Under the pieces are notes generated by a model that made no database searches, was not told where the DNA came from, and worked only from the letters and a program-made list of their open reading frames with translations. Shown here in pieces: positions 25,046 to 38,500 of a DNA stretch of 64,000 nt (position 1 is the first letter of the stretch; every line of letters begins with the position of its first letter). The DNA comes from the human T2T-CHM13v2.0 reference genome, Homo sapiens, in NCBI RefSeq assembly GCF_009914755.1, contig NC_060931.1, one strand, 5' to 3'. The translations under genes were made by a program, and so were the position numbers.

Positions 25046-28000
25046 CATTCTCAGAAACTACTTTGTGATGTGTGCCTTCAACTCACAGAGTTTAACCTTT
25101 CTTTTCTTAGAGCAGTTTAGAAACACTCTGCTTGTTATGTCTGCAAGTGGATATTTGGACCTCTTTGAGGCCTTCGTTGCAAACGGGGTTTCTTCCTTTA
25201 ATGCTAGACTAAGAAGAGTTCTCAGTAACTTTTTTGTGTTGTGTGTATTCAACTCACAGAGTTGAACCTTGCTTTAGAGAGAGCAGATTTGAAACACTCT
25301 CGCTGTGGAATTTTCAGGTGGAGATTTCAAGCGATTTGAGGACAATTGCAGAAAAGGAAATATCTTTGTATAATAAACAGACAGAATCATTCTCAGAAAG
25401 TGCTTTGTGATGTGTGCGTTCAACTCACAGAGTTTAACCATTCTTTTCATAGAGGAGCTTGGAAACACACTGTTTGTAAAGTCTGCAATTGGATATATGG
25501 ACCTGTTTGAGGCCTCCGTTGGAAACGGGATTTCTTCATTGAATGCTAGACGGAAGAATTCTCAGTAAATTCTTTGTGTTGTGTGCATTGAACTCACAGA
25601 GTGGAACGTCCATTTAGACAGAGCAGATTTGAAACACTCTTTTTGCGGAATTTGCAAGTGGAGATTTCTAGAAATTTGATGTCAACAGTAGAAAGGGAAA
25701 TATCTTCAAATAAAAACCAGACAGAATCATTCTCAGAAAATTCTTTGTGATGTGTGCGTTCAACTCACATAGTTTAACCTTTCTTTTCATAGAGCAGTTT
25801 GGAAACACTCTGTTTGTAAAGTCTGCAAGTGGATATATGGACCGCATTGAGGCCTTCGTTGGAAACGGGATTTCTTCATTTCATGCTAGACAGAAGAATT
25901 CTCAGTAACTTCTTTGTGCTGTGTGTATTCAACTCACAGAGTGGAACGTCCCTTTACACAGAGCAGATTTGAAACACTCTTTTTGTGGAGTTTGCAAGTG
26001 GAGATTTCAAGCGATTTGATGCCAACAGTAGAAAAGGAAATATCTTCAAATAAAAACTAGACAGAATCATTCTCAGAAACTACTTTGTGATGTGTGCCTT
26101 TAACTCACAGAGTTTAACCTTTCTTTTCTTAGAGCAGTTTAGAAACACTCTGCTTGTTATGTCTGCAAGTGGATATTTGGACCTCTTTGAGGCCTTCGTT
26201 GCAAACGGGGTTTCTTCCTTTCATGCTAGACTAAGAAGAGTTCTCAGTAACTTTTTTGTGTTGTGTGTATTCAACTCACAGAGTTGAACCTTGCTTTAGA
26301 GAGAGCAGATTTGAAACACTCTTGCTGTGGCATTTTCAGGTGGAGATTTCAAGCGATTTGAGGACAATTGCAGAAAAGGAAATATCTTCGTATAATAACC
26401 AGACAGAATCATTCTCAGAAAGTGCTTTGTGATGTGTGCGTTCAACTCACAGAGTTTAACCTTTCTTTTCATAGAGGAGTTTGGAAACACACTGTTTGTA
26501 AAGTCTGCAATTGGATATATGGACCTGTTTGAGGCCTCCGTTGGAAACGGGATTTCTTCATTGAATGCTAGACGGAAGAATTCTCAGTAAATTCTTTGTG
26601 TTGTGTGCATTCAACTCAGAGAGTGGAACGTCCCTTTAGACAGAGCAGATTTGAAACACTCTTTTTGCGGAATTTGCAAGTGGAGATTTCTAGCCATTTG
26701 ATGCCAACAGTAGAAAGGGAAATATCTTCAAATAAAAACCAGACAGAATCATTCTCAGAAAATTCTTTGTGATGTGTGCGTTCAACTCACATAGTTTAAC
26801 CTTTCTTTTCATAGAGCAGTTTGGAAACACTCTGTTTGTAAAGTCTGCAAGTGGATATATGGACCGCATTGAGGCCTTCGTTGGAAACGGGATTTCTTCA
26901 TTTCATGCTAGACAGAAGAATTCTCAGTAACTTCTTTGTGCTGTGTGTATTCAACTCACAGAGTGGAACGTCCCTTTGCACAGAGCAGATTTGAAACACT
27001 CTTTTTGTGGAGTTTGCAAGTGGAGATTTCAAGCGATTTGATGCCAACAGTAGAAAAGGAAATATCTTCAAATAAAAACTAGACAGAATCATTCTCAGGA
27101 ACTACTTTGTGATGTGTGCCTTCAACTCACAGAGTTTAACCTTTCTTTTCTTAGAGCAGTTTAGAAACACTCTGCTTGTTATGTCTGCAAGTGGATATTT
27201 GGACCTCTTTGAGGCCTTCGTTGCAAACGGGGTTTCTTCCTTTAATGCTAGACTAAGAAGAGTTCTCAGTAACTTTTTTGTGTAGTGTGTATTCAACTCA
27301 CAGAGTTGAACCTTGCTTTAGAGAGAGCAGATTTGAAACACTCTTGCTGTGGAATTTTCAGGTGGAGATTTCAAACGATTTGAGGACAATTGCAGAAAAG
27401 GAAATATCTTCGTATAATAACCAGACAGAATCATTCTCAGAAAGTGCTTTGTGATGTGTGCGTTCAACTCACAGAGTTTAACCTTTCTTTTCATAGAGGA
27501 GCTTGGAAACACACTGTTTGTAAAGTCTGCAATTGGATATATGGACCTGTTTGAGGCCTCCGTTGGAAACGGGATTTCTTCATTGAATGCTAGACGGAAG
27601 AATTCTCAGTAAATTCTTTGTGTTGTGTGCATTGAACTCACAGAGTGGAACGTCCCTTTAGACAGAGCAGATTTGAAACACTCTTTTTGCGGAATTTGCA
27701 AGTGGAGATTTCTAGCCATTTGATGCCAACAGTAGAAAGGGAAATATCTTCAAATAAAAACCAGACAGAATCATTCTCAGAAAATTCTTTGTGATGTGTG
27801 CGTTCAACTCACATAGTTTAACCTTTCTTTTCATAGAGCAGTTTGGAAACACTCTGTTTGTAAAGTCTGCAAGTGGATATATGGACCGCATTGAGGCCTT
27901 CGTTGGAAACGGGATTTCTTCATTTCATGCTAGACAGAAGAATTCTCAGTAACTTCTTTGTGCTGTGTGTATTCAACTCACAGAGTGGAACGTCCCTTTG

Positions 28001-28399
28001 CACAGAGCAGATTTGAAACACTCTTTTTGTGGAGTTTGCAAGTGGAGATTTCAAGCGATTTGATGCCAACAGTAGAAAAGGAAATATCTTCAAATAAAAA
28101 CTAGACAGAATCATTCTCAGAAACTACTTTGTGATGTGTGCCTTCAACTCACAGAGTTTAACCTTTCTTTTCTTAGAGCAGTTTAGAAACACTCTGCTTG
28201 TTATGTCTGCAAGTGGATATTTGGACCTCTTTGAGGCCTTCGTTGCAAACGGGGTTTCTTCCTTTCATGCTAGACTAAGAAGAGTTCTCAGTAACTTTTT
28301 TGTGTTGTGTGTATTCAACTCACAGAGTTGAACCTTGCTTTAGAGAGAGCAGATTTGAAACACTCTTGCTGTGGCATTTTCAGGTGGAGATTTCAAGCG

Positions 28400-31300
28400 A
28401 TTTGAGGACAATTGCAGAAAAGGAAATATCTTCGTATAATAACCAGACAGAATCATTCTCAGAAAGTGCTTTGTGATGTGTGCGTTCAACTCACAGAGTT
28501 TAACCTTTCTTTTCATAGAGGAGTTTGGAAACACACTGTTTGTAAAGTCTGCAATTGGATATATGGACCTGTTTGAGGCCTCCGTTGGAAACGGGATTTC
28601 TTCATTGAATGCTAGACGGAAGAATTCTCAGTAAATTCTTTGTGTTGTGTGCATTCAACTCACAGAGTGGAACGTCCCTTTAGACAGAGCAGATTTGAAA
28701 CACTCTTTTTGCGGAATTTGCAAGTGGAGATTTCTAGCCATTTGATGCCAACAGTAGAAAGGGAAATATCTTCAAATAAAAACCAGACAGAATCATTCTC
28801 AGAAAATTCTTTGTGATGTGTGCGTTCAACTCACATAGTTTAACCTTTCTTTTCATAGAGCAGTTTGGAAACACTCTGTTTGTAAAGTCTGCAAGTGGAT
28901 ATATGGACCGCATTGAGGCCTTCGTTGGAAACGGGATTTCTTCATTTCATGCTAGACAGAAGAATTCTCAGTAACTTCTTTGTGCTGTGTGTATTCAACT
29001 CACAGAGTGGAACGTCCCTTTGCACAGAGCAGATTTGAAACACTCTTTTTGTGGAGTTTGCAAGTGGAGATTTCAAGCGATTTGATGCCAACAGTAGAAA
29101 AGGAAATATCTTCAAATAAAAACTAGACAGAATCATTCTCAGAAACTACTTTGTGATGTGTGCCTTCAACTCACAGAGTTTAACCTTTCTTTTCTTAGAG
29201 CAGTTTAGAAACACTCTGCTTGTTATGTCTGCAAGTGGATATTTGGACCTCTTTGAGGCCTTCGTTGCAAACGGGGTTTCTTCCTTTAATGCTAGACTAA
29301 GAAGAGTTCTCAGTAACTTTTTTGTGTTGTGTGTATTCAACTCACAGAGTTGAACCTTGCTTTAGAGAGAGCAGATTTGAAACACTCTTGCTGTGGCATT
29401 TTCAGGTGGAGATTTCAAGCGATTTGAGGACAATTGCAGAAAAGGAAATATCTTCGTATAATAACCAGACAGAATCATTCTCAGAAAGTGCTTTGAGATG
29501 TGTGCGTTCAACTCACAGAGTTTAACCTTTCTTTTCATAGAGGAGTTTGGAAACACACTGTTTGTAAAGTCTGCAATTGGATATATGGACCTGTTTGAGG
29601 CCTTCGTTGGAAACGGGATTTCTTCATTGAATGCTAGACGGAAGAATTCTCAGTAAATTCTTTGTGTTGTGTGCATTCAACTCACAGAGTGGAACGTCCC
29701 TTTAGACAGAGCAGATTTGAAACACTCTTTTTGCGGAATTTGCAAGTGGAGATTTCTAGCCATTTGATGCCAACAGTGCAAAGGGAAATATCTTCAAATA
29801 AAAACCAGACAGAATCATTCTCAGAAAATTCTTTGTGATGTGTGCGTTCAACTCACATAGTTTAACCTTTCTTTTCATAGAGCAGTTTGGAAACACTCTG
29901 TTTGTAAAGTCTGCAAGTGGATATATGGACCGCATTGAGGCCTTCGTTGGAAACGGGATTTCTTCATTTCATGCTAGACAGAAGAATTCTCAGTAACTGC
30001 TTTGTGCTGTGTGTATTCAACTCACAGAGTGGAACGTCCCTTTACACAGAGCAGATTTGAAACACTCTTTTTGTGGAGTTTGCAAGTGGAGATTTCAAGC
30101 GATTTGATGCCAACAGTAGAAAAGGAAATATCTTCAAATAAAAACTAGACAGAATCATTCTCAGAAACTACTTTGTGATGTGTGCCTTCAACTCACAGAG
30201 TTTAACCTTTCTTTTCTTAGAGCAGTTTAGAAACACTCTGCTTGTTATGTCTGCAAGTGGATATTTGGACCTCTTTGAGGCCTTCGTTGCAAACGGGGTT
30301 TCTTCCTTTAATGCTAGACTAAGAAGAGTTCTCAGTAACTTTTTTCTGTTGTGTGTATTCAACTCACAGAGTTGAACCTTGCTTTAGAGAGAGCAGATTT
30401 GAAACACTCTTGCTGTGGCATTTTCAGGTGGAGATTTCAAGCGATTTGAGGACAATTGCAGAAAAGGAAATATCTTCGTATAATAACCAGACAGAATCAT
30501 TCTCAGAAAGTGCTTTGTGATGTGTGCGTTCAACTCACAGAGTTTAACCTTTCTTTTCATAGAGGAGTTTGGAAACACACTGTTTGTAAAGTCTGCAATT
30601 GGATATATGGACCTGTTTGAGGCCTCCGTTGGAAACGGGATTTCTTCATTGAATGCTAGACGGAAGAATTCTCAGTAAATTCTTTGTGTTGTGTGCATTC
30701 AACTCACAGAGTGGAACGTCCCTTTAGACAGAGCAGATTTGAAACACTCTTTTTGCGGAATTTGCAAGTGGAGATTTCTAGCCATTTGATGCCAACAGTA
30801 GAAAGGGAAATATCTTCAAATAAAAACCAGACAGAATCATTCTCAGAAAATTCTTTGTGATGTGTGCGTTCAACTCACATAGTTTAACCTTTCTTTTCAT
30901 AGAGCAGTTTGGAAACACTCTGTTTGTAAAGTCTGCAAGTGGATATATGGACCGCATTGAGGCCTTCGTTGGAAACGGGATTTCTTCATTTCATGCTAGA
31001 CAGAAGAATTCTCAGTAACTTCTTTGTGCTGTGTGTATTCAACTCACAGAGTGGAACGTCCCTTTGCACAGAGCAGATTTGAAACACTCTTTTTGTGGAG
31101 TTTGCAAGTGGAGATTTCAAGCGATTTGATGCCAACAGTAGAAAAGGAAATATCTTCAAATAAAAACTAGACAGAATCATTCTCAGAAACTACTTTGTGA
31201 TGTGTGCCTTCAACTCACAGAGTTTAACCTTTCTTTTCTTAGAGCAGTTTAGAAACACTCTGCTTGTTATGTCTGCAAGTGGATATTTGGACCTCTTTGA

Positions 31301-32500
31301 GGCCTTCGTTGCAAACGGGGTTTCTTCCTTTAATGCTAGACTAAGAAGAGTTCTCAGTAACTTTTTTGTGTTGTGTGTATTCAACTCACAGAGTTGAACC
31401 TTGCTTTAGAGAGAGCAGATTTGAAACACTCTTGCTGTGGCATTTTCAGGTGGAGATTTCAAGCGATTTGAGGACAATTGCAGAAAAGGAAATATCTTCG
31501 TATAATAACCAGACAGAATCATTCTCAGAAAGTGCTTTGAGATGTGTGCGTTCAACTCACAGAGTTTAACCTTTCTTTTCATAGAGGAGTTTGGAAACAC
31601 ACTGTTTGTAAAGTCTGCAATTGGATATATGGACCTGTTTGAGGCCTTCGTTGGAAACGGGATTTCTTCATTGAATGCTAGACGGAAGAATTCTCAGTAA
31701 ATTCTTTGTGTTGTGTGCATTCAACTCACAGAGTGGAACGTCCCTTTAGACAGAGCAGATTTGAAACACTCTTTTTGCGGAATTTGCAAGTGGAGATTTC
31801 TAGCCATTTGATGCCAACAGTGCAAAGGGAAATATCTTCAAATAAAAACCAGACAGAATCATTCTCAGAAAATTCTTTGTGATGTGTGCGTTCAACTCAC
31901 ATAGTTTAACCTTTCTTTTCATAGAGCAGTTTGGAAACACTCTGTTTGTAAAGTCTGCAAGTGGATATATGGACCGCATTGAGGCCTTCGTTGGAAACGG
32001 GATTTCTTCATTTCATGCTAGACAGAAGAATTCTCAGTAACTTCTTTGTGCTGTGTGTATTCAACTCACAGAGTGGAACGTCCCTTTACACAGAGCAGAT
32101 TTGAAACACTCTTTTTGTGGAGTTTGCAAGTGGAGATTTCAAGCGATTTGATGCCAACAGTAGAAAAGGAAATATCTTCAAATAAAAACTAGACAGAATC
32201 ATTCTCAGAAACTACTTTGTGATGTGTGCTTTCAACTCACAGAGTTTAACCTTTCTTTTCTTAGAGCAGTTTAGAAACACTCTGCTTGTTATGTCTGCAA
32301 GTGGATATTTGGACCTCTTTGAGGCCTTCGTTGCAAACGGGGTTTCTTCCTTTAATGCTAGACTAAGAAGAGTTCTCAGTAACTTTTTTGTGTTGTGTGT
32401 ATTCAACTCACAGAGTTGAACCTTGCTTTAGAGAGAGCAGATTTGAAACACTCTTGCTGTGGCATTTTCAGGTGGAGATTTCAAGCGATTTGAGGACAAT
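28400..32500 (+). repeat. Tandem duplication of a 2-HOR block (period 2044 bp)
   Basis: CTTTGAGATG at ~29491 and ~31535; CAGTGCAAAGGG at ~29775 and ~31819. Confidence 0.85.
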
Positions 32501-35500
32501 TGCAGAAAAGGAAATATCTTCGTATAATAACCAGACAGAATCATTCTCAGAAAGTGCTTTGTGATGTGTGCGTTCAACTCACAGAGTTTAACCTTTCTTT
32601 TCATAGAGGAGTTTGGAAACACACTGTTTGTAAAGTCTGCAATTGGATATATGGACCTGTTTGAGGCCTTCGTTGGAAACGGGATTTCTTCATTGAATGC
32701 TAGACAGAAGAATTCTCAGTAAATTCTTTGTGTTGTGTGCATTCAACTCACAGAGTGGAACGTCCCTTTAGACAGAGCAGATTTGAAACACTCTTTTTGC
32801 GGAATTTGCAAGTGGAGATTTCTAGCCATTTGATGCCAACAGTAGAAAGGGAAATATCTTCAAATAAAAACCAGACAGAATCATTCTCAGAAAATTCTTT
32901 GTGATGTGTGCGTTCAACTCACATAGTTTAACCTTTCTTTTCATAGAGCAGTTTGGAAACACTCTGTTTGTAAAGTCTGCAAGTGGATATATGGACCGCA
33001 TTGAGGCCTTCGTTGGAAACGGGATTTCTTCATTTCATGCTAGACAGAAGAATTCTCAGTAACTTCTTTGTGCTGTGTGTATTCAACTCACAGAGTGGAA
33101 CGTCCCTTTGCACAGAGCAGATTTGAAACACTCTTTTTGTGGAGTTTGCAAGTGGAGATTTCAAGCGATTTGATGCCAACAGTAGAAAAGGAAATATCTT
33201 CAAATAAAAACTAGACAGAATCATTCTCAGAAACTACTTTGTGATGTGTGCCTTCAACTCACAGAGTTTAACCTTTCTTTTCCTAGAGCAGTTTAGAAAC
33301 ACTCTGCTTGTTATGTCTGCAAGTGGATATTTGGACCTCTTTGAGGCCTTCGTTGCAAACGGGGTTTCTTCCTTTAATGCTAGACTAAGAAGAGTTCTCA
33401 GTAACTTTTTTGTGTTGTGTGTATTCAACTCACAGAGTTGAACCTTGCTTTAGAGAGAGCAGATTTGAAACACTCTTGCTGTGGCATTTTCAGGTGGAGA
33501 TTTCAAGCGATTTGAGGACAATTGCAGAAAAGGAAATATCTTCGTATAATAACCAGACAGAATCATTCTCAGAAAGTGCTTTGTGATGTGTGCGTTCAAC
33601 TCACAGAGTTTAACCTTTCTTTTCATAGAGGAGTTTGGAAACACACTGTTTGTAAAGTCTGCAATTGGATATATGGACCTGTTTGAGGCCTCCGTTGGAA
33701 ACGGGATTTCTTCATTGAATGCTAGACGGAAGAATTCTCAGTAAATTCTTTGTGTTGTGTGCATTCAACTCACAGAGTGGAACGTCCCTTTAGACAGAGC
33801 AGATTTGAAACACTCTTTTTGCGGAATTTGCAAGTGGAGATTTCTAGCCATTTGATGCCAACAGTAGAAAGGGAAATATCTTCAAATAAAAACCAGACAG
33901 AATCATTCTCAGAAAATTCTTTGTGATGTGTGCGTTCAACTCACATAGTTTAACCTTTCTTTTCATAGAGCAGTTTGGAAACACTCTGTTTGTAAAGTCT
34001 GCAAGTGGATATATGGACCGCATTGAGGCCTTCGTTGGAAACGGGATTTCTTCATTTCATGCTAGACAGAAGAATTCTCAGTAACTTCTTTGTGCTGTGT
34101 GTATTCAACTCACAGAGTGGAACGTCCCTTTGCACAGAGCAGATTTGAAACACTCTTTTTGTGGAGTTTGCAAGTGGAGATTTCAAGCGATTTGATGCCA
34201 ACAGTAGAAAAGGAAATATCTTCAAATAAAAACTAGACAGAATCATTCTCAGGAACTACTTTGTGATGTGTGCCTTCAACTCACAGAGTTTAACCTTTCT
34301 TTTCTTAGAGCAGTTTAGAAACACTCTGCTTGTTATGTCTGCAAGTGGATATTTGGACCTCTTTGAGGCCTTCATTGCAAACGGGGTTTCTTCCTTTAAT
34401 GCTAGACTAAGAAGAGTTCTCAGTAACTTTTTTGTGTTGTGTGTATTCAACTCACAGAGTTGAACCTTGCTTTATAGAGAGCAGATTTGAAACACTCTCG
34501 CTGTGGCATTTTCAGGTGGAGATTTCAAACGATTTGAGGACAATTGCAGAAAAGGAAATATCTTCGTATAATAACCAGACAGAATCATTCTCAGAAAGTG
34601 CTTTGTGATGTGTGCGTTCAACTCACAGAGTTTAACCTTTCTTTTCATAGAGGAGTTTGGAAACACACTGTTTGTAAAGTCTGCAATTGGATATATGGAC
34701 CTGTTTGAGGCCTTCGTTGGAAACGGGATTTTATCATATAATGCTAGACGGAAGAATTCTCAGTAAATTCTTTGTGTTGTGTGCATTCAAGTCAGAGTGG
34801 AACGTCCCTTTAGACAGAGCAGATTTGAAACACTCTTTTTGCGGAATTTGCAAGTGGAGATTTCTAGCCATTTGATGCCAACAGTAGAAAGGGAAATATC
34901 TTCAAATAAAAACCAGACAGAATCATTCTCAGAAAATTCTTTGTGATGTGTGCGTTTAACTCACATAGTTTAACCTTTCTTTTCATAGAGCAGTTTGGAA
35001 ACACTCTGTTTGTAAAGTCTGCAAGTGGATATATGGACCGCATTGAGGCCTTCGTTGGAAACGGGATTTCTTCATTTCATGCTAGACAGAAGAATTCTCA
35101 GTAACTTCTTTGTGCTGTGTGTATTCAACTCACAGAGTGGAACGTCCCTTTGCACAGAGCAGATTTGAAACACTCTTTTTGTGGAGTTTGCAAGTGGAGA
35201 TTTCAAGCGATTTGATGCCAACAGTAGAAAAGGAAGTATCTTCAAATAAAAACTAGACAGAATCATTCTCAGAAACTACTTTGTGATGTGTGCCTTCAAC
35301 TCACAGAGTTTAACCTTTCTTTTCTTAGAGCAGCTTAGAAACACTCTGCTTGTTATGTCTGCAAGTGGATATTTGGACCTCTTTGAGGCCTTCGTTGCAA
35401 ACGGGGTTTATTCCTTTAATGCTAGACTAAGAAGAGTTCTCAGTAACTTTTTTGTGTTGTGTGTATTCAACTCACAGAGTTGAACCTTGCTTTAGAGAGA

Positions 35501-38500
35501 GCAGATTTGAAACACTCTCGCTGTGGAATTTTCAGGTGGAGATTTCAAGCGATTTGAGGACAATTGCAGAAAAGGAAATATCTTCGTATAATAACCAGAC
35601 AGAATCATTCTCAGAAAGTGCTTTGTGATGTGTGCGTTCAACTCACAGAGTTTAACCTTTCTTTTCATAGAGGAGTTTGGAAACACACTGTTTGTAAAGT
35701 CTGCAATTGGATATATGGACCTGTTTGAGGCCTTCGTTGGAAACGGGATTTCTTCATTGAATGCCAGGCGGAAGAATTCTCAGTAAATTCTTTGTGTTGT
35801 GTGCATTCAACTCACAGAGTGGAACGTCCCTTTAGACAGAGCAGATTTGAAACACTCTTTTTGCGGAATTTGCAAGTGGAGATTTCTAGCCATTTGATGC
35901 CAACAGTAGAAAGGGAAATATCTTCAAATAAAAACCAGACAGAATCATTCTCAGAAAATTCTTTGTGATGTGTGCGTTCAACTCACATAGTTTAACCTTT
36001 CTTTTCATAGAGCAGTTTGGAAACACTCTGTTTGTAAAGTCTGCAAGTGGATATATGGACCGCATTGAGGCCTTCGTTGGAAATGGGATTTCTTCATTTC
36101 ATGCTAGACAGAAGAATTCTCAGTAACTTCTTTGTGCTGTGTGTATTCAACTCACAGAGTGGAACGTCCCTTTGCACAGAGCAGATTTGAAACACTCTTT
36201 TTGTGGAGTTTGCAAGTGGAGATTTCAAGCGATTTGATGCCAACAGTAGAAAAGGAAATATCTTCAATTAAAAACTAGACAGAATCATTCTCAGAAACTA
36301 CTTTGTGATGTGTGCCTTCAACTCACAGAGTTTAACCTTTCTTTTTTTAGAGCAGTTTAGAAACACTCTGCTTGTTATGTCTGCAAGTGGATATTTGGAC
36401 CTCTTTGAGGCCTTCGTTGCAAACGGGGTTTCTTCCTTTCATGCTAGACTAAGAAGAGTTCTCAGTAACATTTTTGTGTTGTGTGTATTCAACTCACAGA
36501 GTTGAACCTTGCTTTAGAGAGAGCAGATTTGAAACACTCTTGCTGTGGCATTTTCAGGTGGAGATTTCAAGCGATTTGAGGACAATTGCAGAAAAGGAAA
36601 TATCTTCGTATAATAACCAGACAGAATCATTCTCAGAAAGTGCTTTGTGATGTGTGCGTTCAACTCACAGAGTTTAACCTTTCTTTTCATAGAGGAGGTT
36701 GGAAACACACTGTTTGTAAAGTCTGCAATTGGATATATGGACCTGTTTGAGGCCATCGTTGGAAACGGGATTTCTTCATTGAATGCTAGACGGAAGAATT
36801 CTCAGTAAATTCTTTGTGTTGTGTGCATTCAACTCACAGAGTGGAACGTCCCTTTAGACAGAGCAGATTTGAAACACTCTTTTTGCGGAATTTGCAAGTG
36901 GAGATTTCTAGCCATTTGATGCCAACAGTAGAAAGGGAAATATCTTCAAATAAAAACCAGACAGAATCATTCTCAGAAAATTCTTTGTGATGTGTGCGTT
37001 CAACTCACATAGTTTAACCTTTCTTTTCATAGAGCAGTTTGGAAACACTCTGTTTGTAAAGTCTGCAAGTGGATATATGGACCGCATTGAGGCCTTCGTT
37101 GGAAACGGGATTTCTTCATTTCATGCTAGACAGAAGAATTCTCAGTAACTTCTTTGTGCTGTGTGTATTCAACTCACAGAGTGGAACGTCCCTTTACACA
37201 GAGCAGATTTGAAACACTCTTTTTGTGGAGTTTGCAAGTGGAGATTTCAAGCGATTTGATGCCAACAGTAGAAAAGGAAATATCTTCAAATAAAAACTAG
37301 ACAGAATCATTCTCAGAAACTACTTTGTGATGTGTGCCTTCAACTCACAGAGTTTAACCTTTCTTTTCTTAGAGCAGTTTAGAAACACTCTGCTTGTTAT
37401 GTCTGCAAGTGGATATTTGGACCTCTTTGAGGCCTTCGTTGCAAACGGGGTTTCTTCCTTTAATGCTAGACTAAGAAGAGTTCTCAGTAACTTTTTTGTG
37501 TTGTGTGTATTCAACTCACAGAGTTGAACCTTGCTTTAGAGAGAGCAGATTTGAAACACTCTCGCTGTGGAATTTTCAGGTGGAGATTTCAAGCGATTTG
37601 AGGACAATTGCAGAAAAGGAAATATCTTCGTATAATAAACAGACAGAATCATTCTCAGAAAGTGCTTTGTGATGTGTGCGTTCAACTCACAGAGTTTAAC
37701 CATTCTTTTCATAGAGGAGCTTGGAAACACACTGTTTGTAAAGTCTGCAATTGGATATATGGACCTGTTTGAGGCCTCCGTTGGAAACGGGATTTCTTCA
37801 TTGAATGCTAGACGGAAGAATTCTCAGTAAATTCTTTGTGTTGTGTGCATTGAACTCACAGAGTGGAACGTCCCTTTAGACAGAGCAGATTTGAAACACT
37901 CTTTTTGCGGAATTTGCAAGTGGAGATTTCTAGCCATTTGATGTCAACAGTAGAAAGGGAAATATCTTCAAATAAAAACCAGACAGAATCATTCTCAGAA
38001 AATTCTTTGTGATGTGTGCGTTCAACTCACATAGTTTAACCTTTCTTTTCATAGAGCAGTTTGGAAACACTCTGTTTGTAAAGTCTGCAAGTGGATATAT
38101 GGACCGCATTGAGGCCTTCGTTGGAAACGGGATTTCTTCATTTCATGCTAGACAGAAGAATTCTCAGTAACTTCTTTGTGCTGTGTGTATTCAACTCACA
38201 GAGTGGAACGTCCCTTTGCACAGAGCAGATTTGAAACACTCTTTTTGTGGAGTTTGCAAGTGGAGATTTCAAGCGATTTGATGCCAACAGTAGAAAAGGA
38301 AATATCTTCAAATAAAAACTAGACAGAATCATTCTCAGAAACTACTTTGTGATGTGTGCCTTCAACTCACAGAGTTTAACCTTTCTTTTCTTAGAGCAGT
38401 TTAGAAACACTCTGCTTGTTATGTCTGCAAGTGGATATTTGGACCTCTTTGAGGCCTTCGTTGCAAACGGGGTTTCTTCCTTTCATGCTAGACTAAGAAG

